Positions 23,542-32,000 of a stretch of DNA of 32,000 bases are shown here, in pieces. This DNA comes from Methanopyrus kandleri AV19 (GTDB lineage Archaea; JAADCQ01; Methanopyri; Methanopyrales; Methanopyraceae). Location: NCBI RefSeq assembly GCF_000007185.1, contig NC_003551.1:810001-842000 (forward strand). Direction: 5' to 3'. Under the pieces are notes generated by a model. It was not told the origin of the DNA, ran no database searches, and worked only from the letters and a program-made list of their open reading frames with translations. The position numbers and the translations under genes were made by a program. Numbering within the stretch: position 1 is the first letter of the stretch; every line of letters begins with the position of its first letter.

Positions 23542-24059
23542 GCAGTGTATGGAGAGGGATTCTCAGGATCCTCCGATCGATGTTGGTGATTTCCATAATT
23601 CTCGCCGTCTGGAGCTCTTTCACGGGCTCGCTGCTGGCTAAATGGGAGGCCAAGCTCGAGCATAACCCCGGTCTAGCCGCGCTCCTCCCAGTTCTAATGG
23701 CGGCGGCCGGCGCTGCGGCCGCGTCGTTCGGTAGCCGTCTTTCTACCTATTTGCACTTAGGGACGTTCACGATATGGGCGGTACTGAGAGACGCGTTGGT
23801 GCAAGGCTCGGCCTTGCTGTTGGTAATCGCGGGCTACGCCGGTCTCGTGACCGTCGCGTTCTCCGGTCGACCGTCTCTGATCCTGTTGGCCGTTGAGTCG
23901 ACGGGGTTAACGTTCTTGACCTCTATTCTCGTGGCCCTCGGCTCGGCGTTCACGAGCGTAAGACTAGGGATGGATCCCGACGACGTCGTTGGGCCCGTCG
24001 TGACGACGGCCGCGGATTCCGTAGGGATCATACTTACCTTAACCCTAGCTCCGGGGTAA
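23538..24059 (+). CDS. MgtE-like divalent-cation transporter membrane domain protein (second half-size paralogue)
   Basis: 173 aa with a TTGA overlap. LLPVLMAAAGAAAASFGSRL and MDPDDVVGPVVTTAADSVGIILTL parallel the previous gene. Confidence 0.7.
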   Translation: MSSVWRGILRILRSMLVISIILAVWSSFTGSLLAKWEAKLEHNPGLAALLPVLMAAAGAAAASFGSRLSTYLHLGTFTIWAVLRDALVQGSALLLVIAGYAGLVTVAFSGRPSLILLAVESTGLTFLTSILVALGSAFTSVRLGMDPDDVVGPVVTTAADSVGIILTLTLAPG

Positions 24060-24661
24060 TGGCGTTGGAAATGGAAAAAATCGAAGAAGAGGTTAAGAAG
24101 CGGACGGTCGTGGAGCTCCTTACGGAAATGAAGAATCTCGCGCAGCTATCCGTTGACCTGGCTTACTCGGTCTTACTGTTCGGGAGCCCCGAGTTGGCCG
24201 AGGAGGTGCGACGCATTGAGAGACGCGTGGACGAGTTGTCTATGGTACTGAAGGCGAAGCTCGCTCTGGCTATTCGGGATCTCGAGGACGTTCGCCATCT
24301 ACTGCCCATAATGGAGTTGACGCAGTCGATGGAGGTTATCACCGACGCCGCGAACGACATTGCCGAAACCGTGGCTATGGGTGCGGAACCTCACCCTATC
24401 GTTCAGAAGGCCATCGCCGAGTCCGAAGAGAAGATACGGCTTGTTCGGGTTGAAGAGGGGTCGGAATTAGACGGCAAAACGCTGGGAGAACTCAGGCTGG
24501 CCAGTGAGACTGGGATGCACGTAATCGCGATCAGGCGGGGGTCGACTTGGATAATAGGGCCGGATAAAGACGCCAAGATACTGGGAGGAGATGTCTTGAT
24601 AGTTCGTGGTCGGGACGAAGGATACAGGAAACTGAAGAAGATGGCTAGTGGGCGAGGATGA
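24059..24661 (+). CDS. PhoU-like helical domain + TrkA-C (RCK_C) domain protein
   Basis: 200 aa with a TAATG overlap. The C-terminal block LVRVEEGSELDGKTLGELRLASETGMHVIAIRRGSTWIIGPDKDAKILGGDVLIVRG is a classic TrkA-C domain. The N-terminal helical bundle has a PhoU-like pattern (ELAEEVRRIERRVDEL...VITDAANDIAE). Confidence 0.8.
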   Translation: MALEMEKIEEEVKKRTVVELLTEMKNLAQLSVDLAYSVLLFGSPELAEEVRRIERRVDELSMVLKAKLALAIRDLEDVRHLLPIMELTQSMEVITDAANDIAETVAMGAEPHPIVQKAIAESEEKIRLVRVEEGSELDGKTLGELRLASETGMHVIAIRRGSTWIIGPDKDAKILGGDVLIVRGRDEGYRKLKKMASGRG

Positions 24662-24662
24662 C

Positions 24663-24959
24663 ATGCGTTGGGAGACTAGGCGCGAAAAGATCGTGTCCTT
24701 GCTCACGGAGAGCCGTGAACCTCTGACCATTGAGGAGATAGCTTACATGGTCGGAGAGGACGATAAATCGAAGATTATCGAGGACTTGGAACACATAGCT
24801 AAAACGCTACGTCGTGAGGGCAAGACGCTGCTTATGGAACCGGCTAGGTGTAACAAGTGCGGGTACGTGTTCAAGAGCCTCAGGGTTAAGCCACCGTCCA
24901 GGTGCCCGAAATGCAAGTCCGAGTGGATCCAACCGCCGAGGTTCACGATCAGGGAATGA
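24663..24959 (+). CDS. HTH + C-terminal Zn-ribbon putative transcriptional regulator
   Basis: The ORF track starts at 24648. ATG 24663 (MRWETRREKIVSLL...) lies 1 nt after the upstream TGA. The wHTH-like N-terminus is PLTIEEIAYMVG and the ribbon is CNKCGY...CPKCKS. Confidence 0.65.
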   Translation: MRWETRREKIVSLLTESREPLTIEEIAYMVGEDDKSKIIEDLEHIAKTLRREGKTLLMEPARCNKCGYVFKSLRVKPPSRCPKCKSEWIQPPRFTIRE

Positions 24960-25605
24960 CCCTCCGAGGGACGTCCAAGGACAAATCGTCCAACGTTATC
25001 CTTAGAAACTCACCCACCGCCACGACGTCTCCCAGATATCGTGAGCCGTTCTCACGTATCTCGACGACTTCGAGTCTCTCGGTGATCCCAACGATCGCGT
25101 CCGGTCTATGGAAGCCCAACGGACGACACCTCACGCCTTCCACTTTCAGGAAGCCCGAGGAGAGGTCTATCGACATGCCACCCGCGGAGAGTTCGCTCCC
25201 GCGACGCTGCGTCATGATGGTGAGACTCTCGTAGGTCCTGACGTGTAGGTTCTTACCGTACAGCGTCACCATGTAGTCGCTGCCCACCTTGCGGACGTCT
25301 ACGAAGAGTTCCCCGAGACGACGGTGCGGGATGATCGGTGGGACGACGACGCCTTCTCCGATCTTTCGGACCCGGAGCGGTTCGGTAATGACGCGCTCCT
25401 CCGTGACACGGTATGGGACCACGTAGTAATACCCAGAATCCGCACGCACCGATACCAGGCACACGGATCGGAACTTCTCAAGTCCCGCTACCTCACCGAG
25501 TCGCACGTACCCGTCGTGTGATCGGCGCATTACCCTAGCTTCTTCGCCTATGTCGAACTTCTCACAGACTACCGGGGGCTCCGGAACGTTCTCCGGCAGT
25601 TTCAT
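24949..25605 (-). CDS. Hypothetical protein
   Basis: 218 aa with an ATGA overlap with the upstream gene. It looks beta-rich. No family recognised. Confidence 0.55.
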   Translation of the reverse strand: MKLPENVPEPPVVCEKFDIGEEARVMRRSHDGYVRLGEVAGLEKFRSVCLVSVRADSGYYYVVPYRVTEERVITEPLRVRKIGEGVVVPPIIPHRRLGELFVDVRKVGSDYMVTLYGKNLHVRTYESLTIMTQRRGSELSAGGMSIDLSSGFLKVEGVRCRPLGFHRPDAIVGITERLEVVEIRENGSRYLGDVVAVGEFLRITLDDLSLDVPRRVIP

Positions 25606-26366
25606 CCGAACACAGCCCCCTCCATTTCGAGTACCGCGTTGAGTACGCCATTCACCAGCTCGGACCGTCTGCCCAACACTGCGGCAGGGCTCCAGCTGAA
25701 CATTCTGTAACCGACGTTCCTGGACGTCAGGACCCCTGCGGCTTCCAGTGCGTCCAGCATCTTAGTCCCGAGTTTGAACTCACGGAAATTCCTGCAGATT
25801 CTACCCAGTATCTCCGTGGCGGACAGGTACATCGTGCGGACAACTCGCACATCCCTTCGGGCGATTTCTCCTAATATCGTGGACCCCGTCTCTTCGACGA
25901 GCTCGCTCACGTGTTCATTCATCTCCTCAAGAGTGCCACCACGTTTCAACGCTTCCGGGCACGGCCCGTACGGCGGCCATGTCAAAATGTCCTTCGCGGA
26001 GCCTTCCACCTTAACCAGCTCGACCGACACCTCGCGCACGATGCTGTCGGGTACGAAGTCCAGAAACACCTGGGAGTAGACCACAACGTGAACTTCTTTG
26101 AACCTGTTGAGCAGCGCCGATAGAACGTTGTACACCTTGGATCTGATACTCCTGAGTGCGTAACGGTCACGGCGCTCCAACCACTCGAGCACCGTTGGCG
26201 CATCCATGTGAGCAATTACCACACGGTCTGCTCCCTCGTCACACAACGAGGTGATGTCGGATAGCCTTCGAGCATCCGATACGTCTACGATTTCGCCGTC
26301 TTGCGCTAACTTATGGCATACTTCTCTGAACCCGTAGCACGGCGGGCAGACGGTGACTTTCAGCAA
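25602..26366 (-). CDS. Hypothetical protein
   Basis: 254 aa. The TTG start overlaps the truA stop by 7 nt. It has an N-terminal CPPC motif. No family recognised. Confidence 0.55.
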   Translation of the reverse strand: MLKVTVCPPCYGFREVCHKLAQDGEIVDVSDARRLSDITSLCDEGADRVVIAHMDAPTVLEWLERRDRYALRSIRSKVYNVLSALLNRFKEVHVVVYSQVFLDFVPDSIVREVSVELVKVEGSAKDILTWPPYGPCPEALKRGGTLEEMNEHVSELVEETGSTILGEIARRDVRVVRTMYLSATEILGRICRNFREFKLGTKMLDALEAAGVLTSRNVGYRMFSWSPAAVLGRRSELVNGVLNAVLEMEGAVFG

Positions 26367-27130
26367 CTTTCTGCCCCCTCGGGCAGGCGTAGTAGTAATC
26401 TCCCCCCTAATTGTATTACTTTATGATCTTCAAACCAAGCTTTGGTACGCTCAAAACGTACCTCATCGTACTCGATGTGCCACAAGATCAATCCCTCCGC
26501 CGGAAGGCATCTGGGTTTCTTCGACGGCTCGAACTTCCCAGAAAGTAGCGCTTCGGCGTCCCCTTCCTCCCTGAGCCCGTGGCCTACCTCCCACACGAAC
26601 CCCGCTATCCTGCGGACCATCTCCCACAGGAATCGCGGTGCCACGACCCGCAACACGTACGCGTTAGGGGTTATTTCTACGAGTTCACACCGCTCGACGG
26701 TTATTATCGGATTCCGGCCATCCTCCCTTCGGAATGCCGAAAAATCGTGTTTTCCTTCGAGCTTGCGGGCAGCCCGTGCCGCGGCTTCGGGACGGTTTAG
26801 TGGTCCCAAGAAGTACCGATACTCCTTTCGTAGCGCGTCGCGCCGCGGATCGAACTCTTCATGGACTTCCGTTTTGGCTATAACCCGGATGTCCTTGGGT
26901 AATCTCGCGTTGATGGGGTCCGGTTGGGCTAGCTCCGGGTCGCCTTCTACCACGACTACCTGGTAGCGTGCATGGGCCCCCGCGTCGGTCCTGGATGCGT
27001 ACCCTACCAGTTCCAATCCCAGCTCCGAGAGCGCTTTTCGTAGCGCTCCTTCGATCGTTGGGACGTCGGGTTGGTACTGGAAACCGTGATATCGCGAACC
27101 GTCGTAGGCGACCCGGAGGGCTACTCTCAT
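26360..27130 (-). CDS. truA: tRNA pseudouridine synthase A
   Basis: MRVALRVAYDGSRYHGFQYQ and the catalytic block ASRTDAGAHA are present, along with the downstream KHDFSAF block. The ORF is open to 27346, but ATG 27130 forms an ATGA overlap with the upstream stop and gives the canonical N-terminus. Confidence 0.9.
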   Translation of the reverse strand: MRVALRVAYDGSRYHGFQYQPDVPTIEGALRKALSELGLELVGYASRTDAGAHARYQVVVVEGDPELAQPDPINARLPKDIRVIAKTEVHEEFDPRRDALRKEYRYFLGPLNRPEAAARAARKLEGKHDFSAFRREDGRNPIITVERCELVEITPNAYVLRVVAPRFLWEMVRRIAGFVWEVGHGLREEGDAEALLSGKFEPSKKPRCLPAEGLILWHIEYDEVRFERTKAWFEDHKVIQLGGRLLLRLPEGAESC

Positions 27131-28032
27131 CGCCCGGCCCCAGGGGGCTTGTAAGGGAGCCTCCGGTAGACCTCTATCATTTCCTCCTCGGAAACTAGTT
27201 CCCGGTTTCCGAAACGGATCACGGGTTCGTCCACAACCTCTCCTGCGACCGTGAACGGGCATCCCTCTTCGAACGCTATCTCGGCAGCACGTTCGACGTC
27301 GTTTGGATCCATACATACCATGAAGATCCCTAAATACCCCGTCCACGTGGGGTACGGCATCGACCGGAGCTCGACACCCTTCTTGGCTTTGCCCATCATC
27401 TCCAGTAGGTTCCCGAGTACCCCACCGCGACTGGCGTCCTTGGCGGCGCTCACGTCGATACCTTCCCGTAGGAACCTGAGAAACGCGTTGAATTTCACCT
27501 TAGCCTTGTAAACGCGATCCCCAACGTCCCCACGCACAGGCTCGCCCAAAAATACCAGCGCATCGCCTTCCCTGGCCGTACCGTCCGGGATCGGCTCGTC
27601 GGCTATCAATCGACCGATCACGACCACGGAGACGCAGGGCACTAGGTCGGGATGGGATTGTGTGTTACCGCCGAGGATCTTGATTCCTAACCCTTCCGCC
27701 TGTTTCCTTAAATCTTCAAGGATTTCCTCCGCCTGCTCCTCGCTTTCGGCCTGTACGGCGTCGAACGCCACTATCGGTTCACCGCCGGTGACCACGACGT
27801 CGGCCGCCGAGTGTATGATCGCGGTCTTTCTACCGATCTTGGCCGGGTAGGGGCCTTCCATGTTGATAACTAATCGCTCACCGTTTACTTCGATCACCGT
27901 GGCGTCATCGCCCTGTAGTGGGCCTATGATCGTCTTCCACTCCTCCGAGACTTCCCTGAATAACCTGCGGCAGAAGTTAGTCTCTTCTATGTGCTCGAGG
28001 AGGCGCTCCAGGTCGACTTTTTCCAAACTCAC
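27127..28032 (-). CDS. AIR synthase-related (PurM superfamily) protein
   Basis: The ORF is open to 28275. GTG 28032 forms a GTGA overlap with the upstream stop. PurM-type blocks are GDDATVIEVNGERLVINMEG, SAADVVVTGGEPIVAFDAV, GIKILGGNT and AREGDALVFLGEP. Confidence 0.75.
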   Translation of the reverse strand: MSLEKVDLERLLEHIEETNFCRRLFREVSEEWKTIIGPLQGDDATVIEVNGERLVINMEGPYPAKIGRKTAIIHSAADVVVTGGEPIVAFDAVQAESEEQAEEILEDLRKQAEGLGIKILGGNTQSHPDLVPCVSVVVIGRLIADEPIPDGTAREGDALVFLGEPVRGDVGDRVYKAKVKFNAFLRFLREGIDVSAAKDASRGGVLGNLLEMMGKAKKGVELRSMPYPTWTGYLGIFMVCMDPNDVERAAEIAFEEGCPFTVAGEVVDEPVIRFGNRELVSEEEMIEVYRRLPYKPPGAGR

Positions 28033-29210
28033 CCGACCCCCAGCAGCTTCAGAGCCGTCGGCAAGGCCAGCGCTGACGTGCAGAGCGACGGATCGACGCC
28101 GGAGCGGAGCGCGTAAATCCCTATTCCCGCACACGCGATCGCCGTACCGAGCGAACCTAACCCATGAAATGTCATCAACGCGAGCAGTCCGAGTACTACG
28201 GTACCGGTCAGTACTCGCGCCCGTGCTCCGGAGAGCACCCCTCCCAACACCCTGGTCGAAAAGATGAGCAGCCACGCTCCCAACACCGACACGAGTAGGT
28301 ACACTCCCACCGACGCCAACACTTCGGGGTACGTGATATCTCCAACGGATCGTTGGATGAACACCGAAGCTCCACTCCTAGGGTTCCCAAGCGCGTGTAG
28401 CGCCACGATCGAGGACACCGCGTCGGCGGCGTCGATACCGGAGGTGACCAGCAGGTACCGCTCGGTCGTGTCGACGCCCAACCGCGTCAGGACGGAAACC
28501 ACGTTGGCGGGTCCCAATCCCGGCAGGAAACCGAGAGCACAACCCGCGAGTGCGGCCAGGATTCCGCATTTCGGGAGCTCCTTTCCAGATATTGCGGGCT
28601 TTCCAGGCCGCTGCTTCGGGATCGAAGTGCGGTTCATCAGACAGGAAAGCCCTGGCCCGATCGCGTAGAATCCGGAGAGCATGGCTTCCAGTGGGGAGGC
28701 TACGTCGAGCGGTCCCGAAAGAACTACGTAGCCTACCGCGGAACTCGCCGAGAAGACCGCCAACCCGCGGAGTCCATTATCGTACGTTTGTAAGGCCAGG
28801 ATCGTCAGTACCAGCCACGGTATTATCGGCTTGGAGGCGACGTACATGGGTCCTACGATTTTCACGATGTATGGGAGCGCGACCGCCGCGAAAAAGCCCG
28901 TGGATAACGTCCCTAGGGCGACGAGGCGAGCGGCTTCTTCCGCCCTTCCCTCGATCGTATAGCGCTGCAACGGAATCAACACGGCAACCGACGCCTGATC
29001 GTCAGGTACTCCCAAGAACATGCTTTCAACCTTAGACAACGGGACGTTGACGGCTGAGCACGCTGAAGCGAATGTCAACACGTCTTCACGGTCGAGGTAC
29101 GTGGGATCGAACTCCGAAAAAAACGTATTCGGATGGAGACCGGGGATGTACCCCGATAGCATCCCGGAAAAGATTCCGAGAAACGCTCCACCGGAGCAAG
29201 TCCGACCCAC
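28029..29210 (-). CDS. TctA/DUF112-like integral membrane protein
   Basis: 393 aa and polytopic, with duplicated G-x3-G-x2-PG(L)G/H motifs (GAFLGIFSGMLSGYIPGLHP and LAGCALGFLPGLGPANV). The start is GTG 29210 (alternative ATG 29162). Confidence 0.6.
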   Translation of the reverse strand: MGRTCSGGAFLGIFSGMLSGYIPGLHPNTFFSEFDPTYLDREDVLTFASACSAVNVPLSKVESMFLGVPDDQASVAVLIPLQRYTIEGRAEEAARLVALGTLSTGFFAAVALPYIVKIVGPMYVASKPIIPWLVLTILALQTYDNGLRGLAVFSASSAVGYVVLSGPLDVASPLEAMLSGFYAIGPGLSCLMNRTSIPKQRPGKPAISGKELPKCGILAALAGCALGFLPGLGPANVVSVLTRLGVDTTERYLLVTSGIDAADAVSSIVALHALGNPRSGASVFIQRSVGDITYPEVLASVGVYLLVSVLGAWLLIFSTRVLGGVLSGARARVLTGTVVLGLLALMTFHGLGSLGTAIACAGIGIYALRSGVDPSLCTSALALPTALKLLGVG

Positions 29211-29228
29211 CGGACCGGGGACTTCGAG

Positions 29229-29777
29229 ATGCTAAAGGAGCTATGGCGATCGTTTGCGATGGCGCTAGGGGCTGCGTGGACACTCGGACTCCTAGCACTT
29301 ACGGTTCACATCCTGGGGCTCGTTTGGACTATCGTCCTCCTCTTAGGGATCTCAGTCTTGTTGGGAATTAGTGTCTCGAGGAGAGTCTCACCCTTCATCG
29401 CGGTAGCGAGAGGTCTAGGGTTGCTATCACTCCTGATGGTAAACGCGGCTAGACTGGAGTACCTGGCGCCATGGCTCGCCATGCCCGTACTCGGGGCACT
29501 CTACGTCTTCGATAGGCCCGCCTTTTACTTGGTGATAGCGGCGGCGGGAGCGGTCCTACTGCTTCGAGCGCTGATAGAAATCCATGAAGCGGCCGTCGAA
29601 GCGGACTTCCGGTACCGGTCGAAGGTTCAGGGACTGGCGTTGGCCGTCCGTGAGATCTGGTCTGGGATTATGGAGGCTCTAGAGAGACTCTCCACGATCT
29701 CGGCGGAGAAGAAAGAGGAGCTGAGTGGAACGTTCACCGTTGCCGGAAAGAAGTTGTTGAGGTGGATGCTCAGCTGA
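29229..29777 (+). CDS. Hypothetical membrane protein
   Basis: 182 aa with ATG 7 nt after GGGGA. It has about 4 TM helices followed by an amphipathic C-terminal region. No family recognised. Confidence 0.55.
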   Translation: MLKELWRSFAMALGAAWTLGLLALTVHILGLVWTIVLLLGISVLLGISVSRRVSPFIAVARGLGLLSLLMVNAARLEYLAPWLAMPVLGALYVFDRPAFYLVIAAAGAVLLLRALIEIHEAAVEADFRYRSKVQGLALAVREIWSGIMEALERLSTISAEKKEELSGTFTVAGKKLLRWMLS

Positions 29778-29828
29778 GGACGCGTCCGCGGTCCAATCGT
29801 CATCATCCTTCAGTAGCGCGGGACATCG

Positions 29829-31106
29829 TCATCCGCGTCCCTCCCAATCGACTAGGATCTGGTCACCTTGAACTAGCATCTTGCCCTCCGGGACGTTCTT
29901 ACGGACGACGGTGGAAGGTGCGGTGGCCGAGTACGGGCCCAGTTTCCGTCCCGGCAGTATAGAGGTGTTGATCCCTGTTTTAACCCCATCACCCAGTACG
30001 GCTCCGAACTTCCTCCTACCGGTATCCTCGAGCTCGCCCTTGACTACTACTTTCACGTTGCGTTCATCGTGTCTGAGGTTGGCGATGATGGTACCGGCTC
30101 CCAGGTTGCACTTGGCCCCGATAACGCTGTCTCCCACGTAGGAGAGGTGGCTGACGTTCGTCCCCTCCATGATTATTGAGTTCTTGATTTCGACGGCTTG
30201 GCCGATGCGGACGTCCCGGACCAGCGTCGTCGCCGGTCGGATGTAGCAGTTGGGTCCGATTTCGCACCCCGGGCCTATATAGGCGGGCCCTTCGACTACG
30301 GCTCCCGACCTGAGGATCGCATCCTCGGCTACCCACACCGGTCCTCTCAGCTCCACGTTCTCCTCGATGACTCCTTCAACCTCGGGACGCGACATCGCGT
30401 TCCGAAGTGCCCAAGCGTTGGCGTCGAGTAGGTCCCACGGGCGACCTACGTCGGACCAGAACCCGTCGTACGAAATCCCTAGAACACCTTCATCGATGGC
30501 GGCGTCGAGCAGCGCATCGGTGATCTCGAACTCGCCCCGCGGAGAGGGTTTGACTCGTTCCAAAAACCTCTCGAACTCCGGTTCCGCCACGTACACTCCC
30601 GCGTTCGCCAGGTTGGAGGGAGCCTCCTCGGGCTTGGGTTTCTCCACGAGCTCCACCACGTACCCGTCTTGTAGTCTCGCGACCCCGAATTCCGACGGAT
30701 CCTCGACCTCCACTAGCACCATTGAGGCGACGCCTTCGTGCTCACGTACCGCGCGCTCGAGCAACTCCGAATCGAACACCAAGTCCCCGTTTGTGATGAC
30801 CACGGTCTCGTCGGGTTCGATCTCCCGCCACGCGACGTACACAGCGTGGGCTGTTCCCAGGGGCTTACCCTGACGGACGAACTCCAGCTCGAAGGAATCG
30901 CCCCAGCGATCCTTGACGTACCGTTCCACCTTCTCGGCCAGGTATTCCACGACCACCACGAGGTGTTCCACTCCGATGCGCTTCATGGCCTCGATGGAGA
31001 AGTCGATAAGACGGCGATCGGCCACCGGCAGGAGGACCTTCGGCCGTGTCTTCGTCAGCGGTCGCATCCGGGTACCTTCGCCCGCCGCGAGCACGATACC
31101 GATCAT
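29829..31106 (-). CDS. glmU: Bifunctional sugar-1-phosphate nucleotidylyltransferase / acetyltransferase (archaeal GlmU type)
   Basis: The nucleotidyltransferase start is MIGIVLAAGEGTRMRPLTKTRPKVLLPV. A C-terminal left-handed beta-helix has hexapeptide repeats. ATG 31106 forms an ATGA overlap with the glmM stop and follows GGAGGTGA. The ORF-track start at 31127 is less likely. Confidence 0.85.
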   Translation of the reverse strand: MIGIVLAAGEGTRMRPLTKTRPKVLLPVADRRLIDFSIEAMKRIGVEHLVVVVEYLAEKVERYVKDRWGDSFELEFVRQGKPLGTAHAVYVAWREIEPDETVVITNGDLVFDSELLERAVREHEGVASMVLVEVEDPSEFGVARLQDGYVVELVEKPKPEEAPSNLANAGVYVAEPEFERFLERVKPSPRGEFEITDALLDAAIDEGVLGISYDGFWSDVGRPWDLLDANAWALRNAMSRPEVEGVIEENVELRGPVWVAEDAILRSGAVVEGPAYIGPGCEIGPNCYIRPATTLVRDVRIGQAVEIKNSIIMEGTNVSHLSYVGDSVIGAKCNLGAGTIIANLRHDERNVKVVVKGELEDTGRRKFGAVLGDGVKTGINTSILPGRKLGPYSATAPSTVVRKNVPEGKMLVQGDQILVDWEGRG

Positions 31107-32000
31107 TCCCTCACCTCCTCGACACACCTGCGGACGATATCGACGAACTCATCCCTGAGCTCTCGGGCGCGTTCCTCGGACTCCGCCTCCACCGTTATCC
31201 GTATGAGCGGTTCGGTGCCGGAGGGCCTGACGAGCACCCAGCCATCGTCCAGTTCGACACGAACGCCGTCTACGGTATCGATGTCGTCGTAAGCCTCCCG
31301 GAGGCGCGTCTCCACCAGCCTCATCACTTCGGGCTTGAGCTCGTCGGGACACTCGACGGTTTCGCGCACGACCGGGTAGCTCGGGATCTCGGCTAACAGT
31401 TCCGAGAGCGGTCGCCCTTCCTCGATCAGCAAGCTCACCATCCACGCCGCGGAGAGCGGACCGTCGGGGCACATGTGTACGTCCGGGTGTATCCAGGTTC
31501 CGTTCGGTTCCCCTCCGAAGACGCATCCTTCCTCCCGTATCGCGGCGGCTACGTGGACGTCTCCCACTTTGGTCCTCACCACCTCGCCGCCCATCTCGCG
31601 GACTACCTCGTCGATAACCATCGAAGCATCGACGTTCACGGCGACCTTCCCTGGACCCTTCTCCTCGAGGATTCGCCGGCACACCAACGCCAGCACTTCG
31701 TCGTACCCGGCGAACTTACCTTCCTCGGTGACGAAAACTACACGATCAGCGTCCCCGTCGTGGGCGATCCCCAGATCAGCATCCGTCGCCCGCACGGTTC
31801 GCATGAGGTCCTTCAGGTTCTCGGGCTTCGGCTCCGGTTCCCGGCCCGGGAAGTGTCCATCAGGATGCGCGTTTAGAGAGATTACCTCGCACCCCATCTC
31901 GCGGAGTACTACCGGAGTGACGAACGCGGAGGGGCCGTTGGCACAGTCCACCACGATGCGTAGCCCGTCCCCGTCGACGGAGACCTCGTCCAGTATCCTC
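31103..32000 (-). CDS. glmM: Phosphohexomutase (phosphoglucosamine mutase-like), N-terminus beyond the window
   Basis: The frame stays open upstream of 31954 to the window edge (..ILDEVSVDGDGLRIVVDCANGP). Blocks are GIAHDGDADR (Mg site), GGEPNGTW and VLVRPSGTEPLIRI. The adjacency to glmU mirrors the archaeal glmM-glmU pair. Confidence 0.85.
   Translation of the reverse strand, partial: RILDEVSVDGDGLRIVVDCANGPSAFVTPVVLREMGCEVISLNAHPDGHFPGREPEPKPENLKDLMRTVRATDADLGIAHDGDADRVVFVTEEGKFAGYDEVLALVCRRILEEKGPGKVAVNVDASMVIDEVVREMGGEVVRTKVGDVHVAAAIREEGCVFGGEPNGTWIHPDVHMCPDGPLSAAWMVSLLIEEGRPLSELLAEIPSYPVVRETVECPDELKPEVMRLVETRLREAYDDIDTVDGVRVELDDGWVLVRPSGTEPLIRITVEAESEERARELRDEFVDIVRRCVEEVRE

Noticed and set aside
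27131-27346. Upstream extension of the truA ORF (similarly 28033-28275 for the PurM-like ORF and 2866-2967 for hisB)
   Set aside because: The extensions are low-complexity and overlap the upstream genes. Internal ATG/GTG starts give canonical N-termini with ATGA/GTGA coupling or a good SD.
29335-29376. Tandem LLGISV-LLGISV repeat in the membrane protein
   Set aside because: The repeat exists at the amino-acid level only, because the two copies use different synonymous codons. It lies within a TM helix and probably has no DNA-level significance.
29778-29794. GC-rich overlapping palindromes (GGACGCGTCC, CCGCGG) right after the 29229-29777 stop
   Set aside because: It could be a hairpin in the convergent spacer. 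It is short, lacks an adjacent T-tract (the usual archaeal terminator signal), and such palindromes are frequent in GC-rich DNA.
1-32000. Search for CRISPR arrays, IS/transposase genes, integrases, tRNA/rRNA genes and defence-system genes
   Set aside because: I saw no regularly spaced direct repeats, no transposase- or integrase-like translations, and no spacer long enough for a tRNA except 9401-9587, which does not fold as one. The window looks like core chromosome.

Overview
This is a dense, GC-rich (roughly 60% by eye) archaeal chromosomal segment with about 45 protein-coding genes. I could not support any rRNA, tRNA, CRISPR array or mobile element. The gene content includes TFB, Gar1, the proteasome-activating nucleotidase PAN, 2-phosphoglycerate kinase and archaeal GlmM/GlmU. 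Together with GGAGGTGA-type Shine-Dalgarno (SD) sites, frequent GTG/TTG starts and Arg-for-Lys bias, this suggests a hyperthermophilic methanogen of the Methanopyrus type (inference only). Genes sit in tightly coupled operons, many with ATGA/GTGA/TTGA start-stop overlaps. Well-supported calls are hisB, tfb, gar1, argJ, a TIGR00300/LOR-SDH-like protein, pgk2, a CBS pair, a CYTH protein, a ClC channel, a CitG-like protein, pan, a GT2 Dpm1-like transferase, a Nox/CoADR-like flavoprotein, two MgtE-like membrane proteins, a PhoU-like/TrkA-C protein, truA, a PurM-like protein, a TctA/DUF112-like membrane protein, glmU and glmM. Six items deserve a second look. (1) An operon at 15.4-18.7 kb combines a CitG-like synthase, a candidate MdcG/CitX-like transferase, a small acidic protein with a CitD/MdcC-like SGD motif, a hexapeptide-repeat acyltransferase-like protein and an orphan, with no known citrate-lyase or malonate-decarboxylase catalytic subunits. 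(2) A 238-aa truncated FtsZ/tubulin-like protein with degenerate GTP-binding loops lies between an HTH-PhoU regulator and a ribbon-helix-helix protein. (3) The ClC gene is frameshifted at a homopolymer run. (4) Ultra-short divergent spacers contain a palindromic SD shared by both strands. (5) pgk2 carries a Walker-A Lys-to-Thr substitution inside a low-GC patch. (6) An unexplained five-gene operon is built around truA. All homology statements come from reading the translations by eye. No database search was run.
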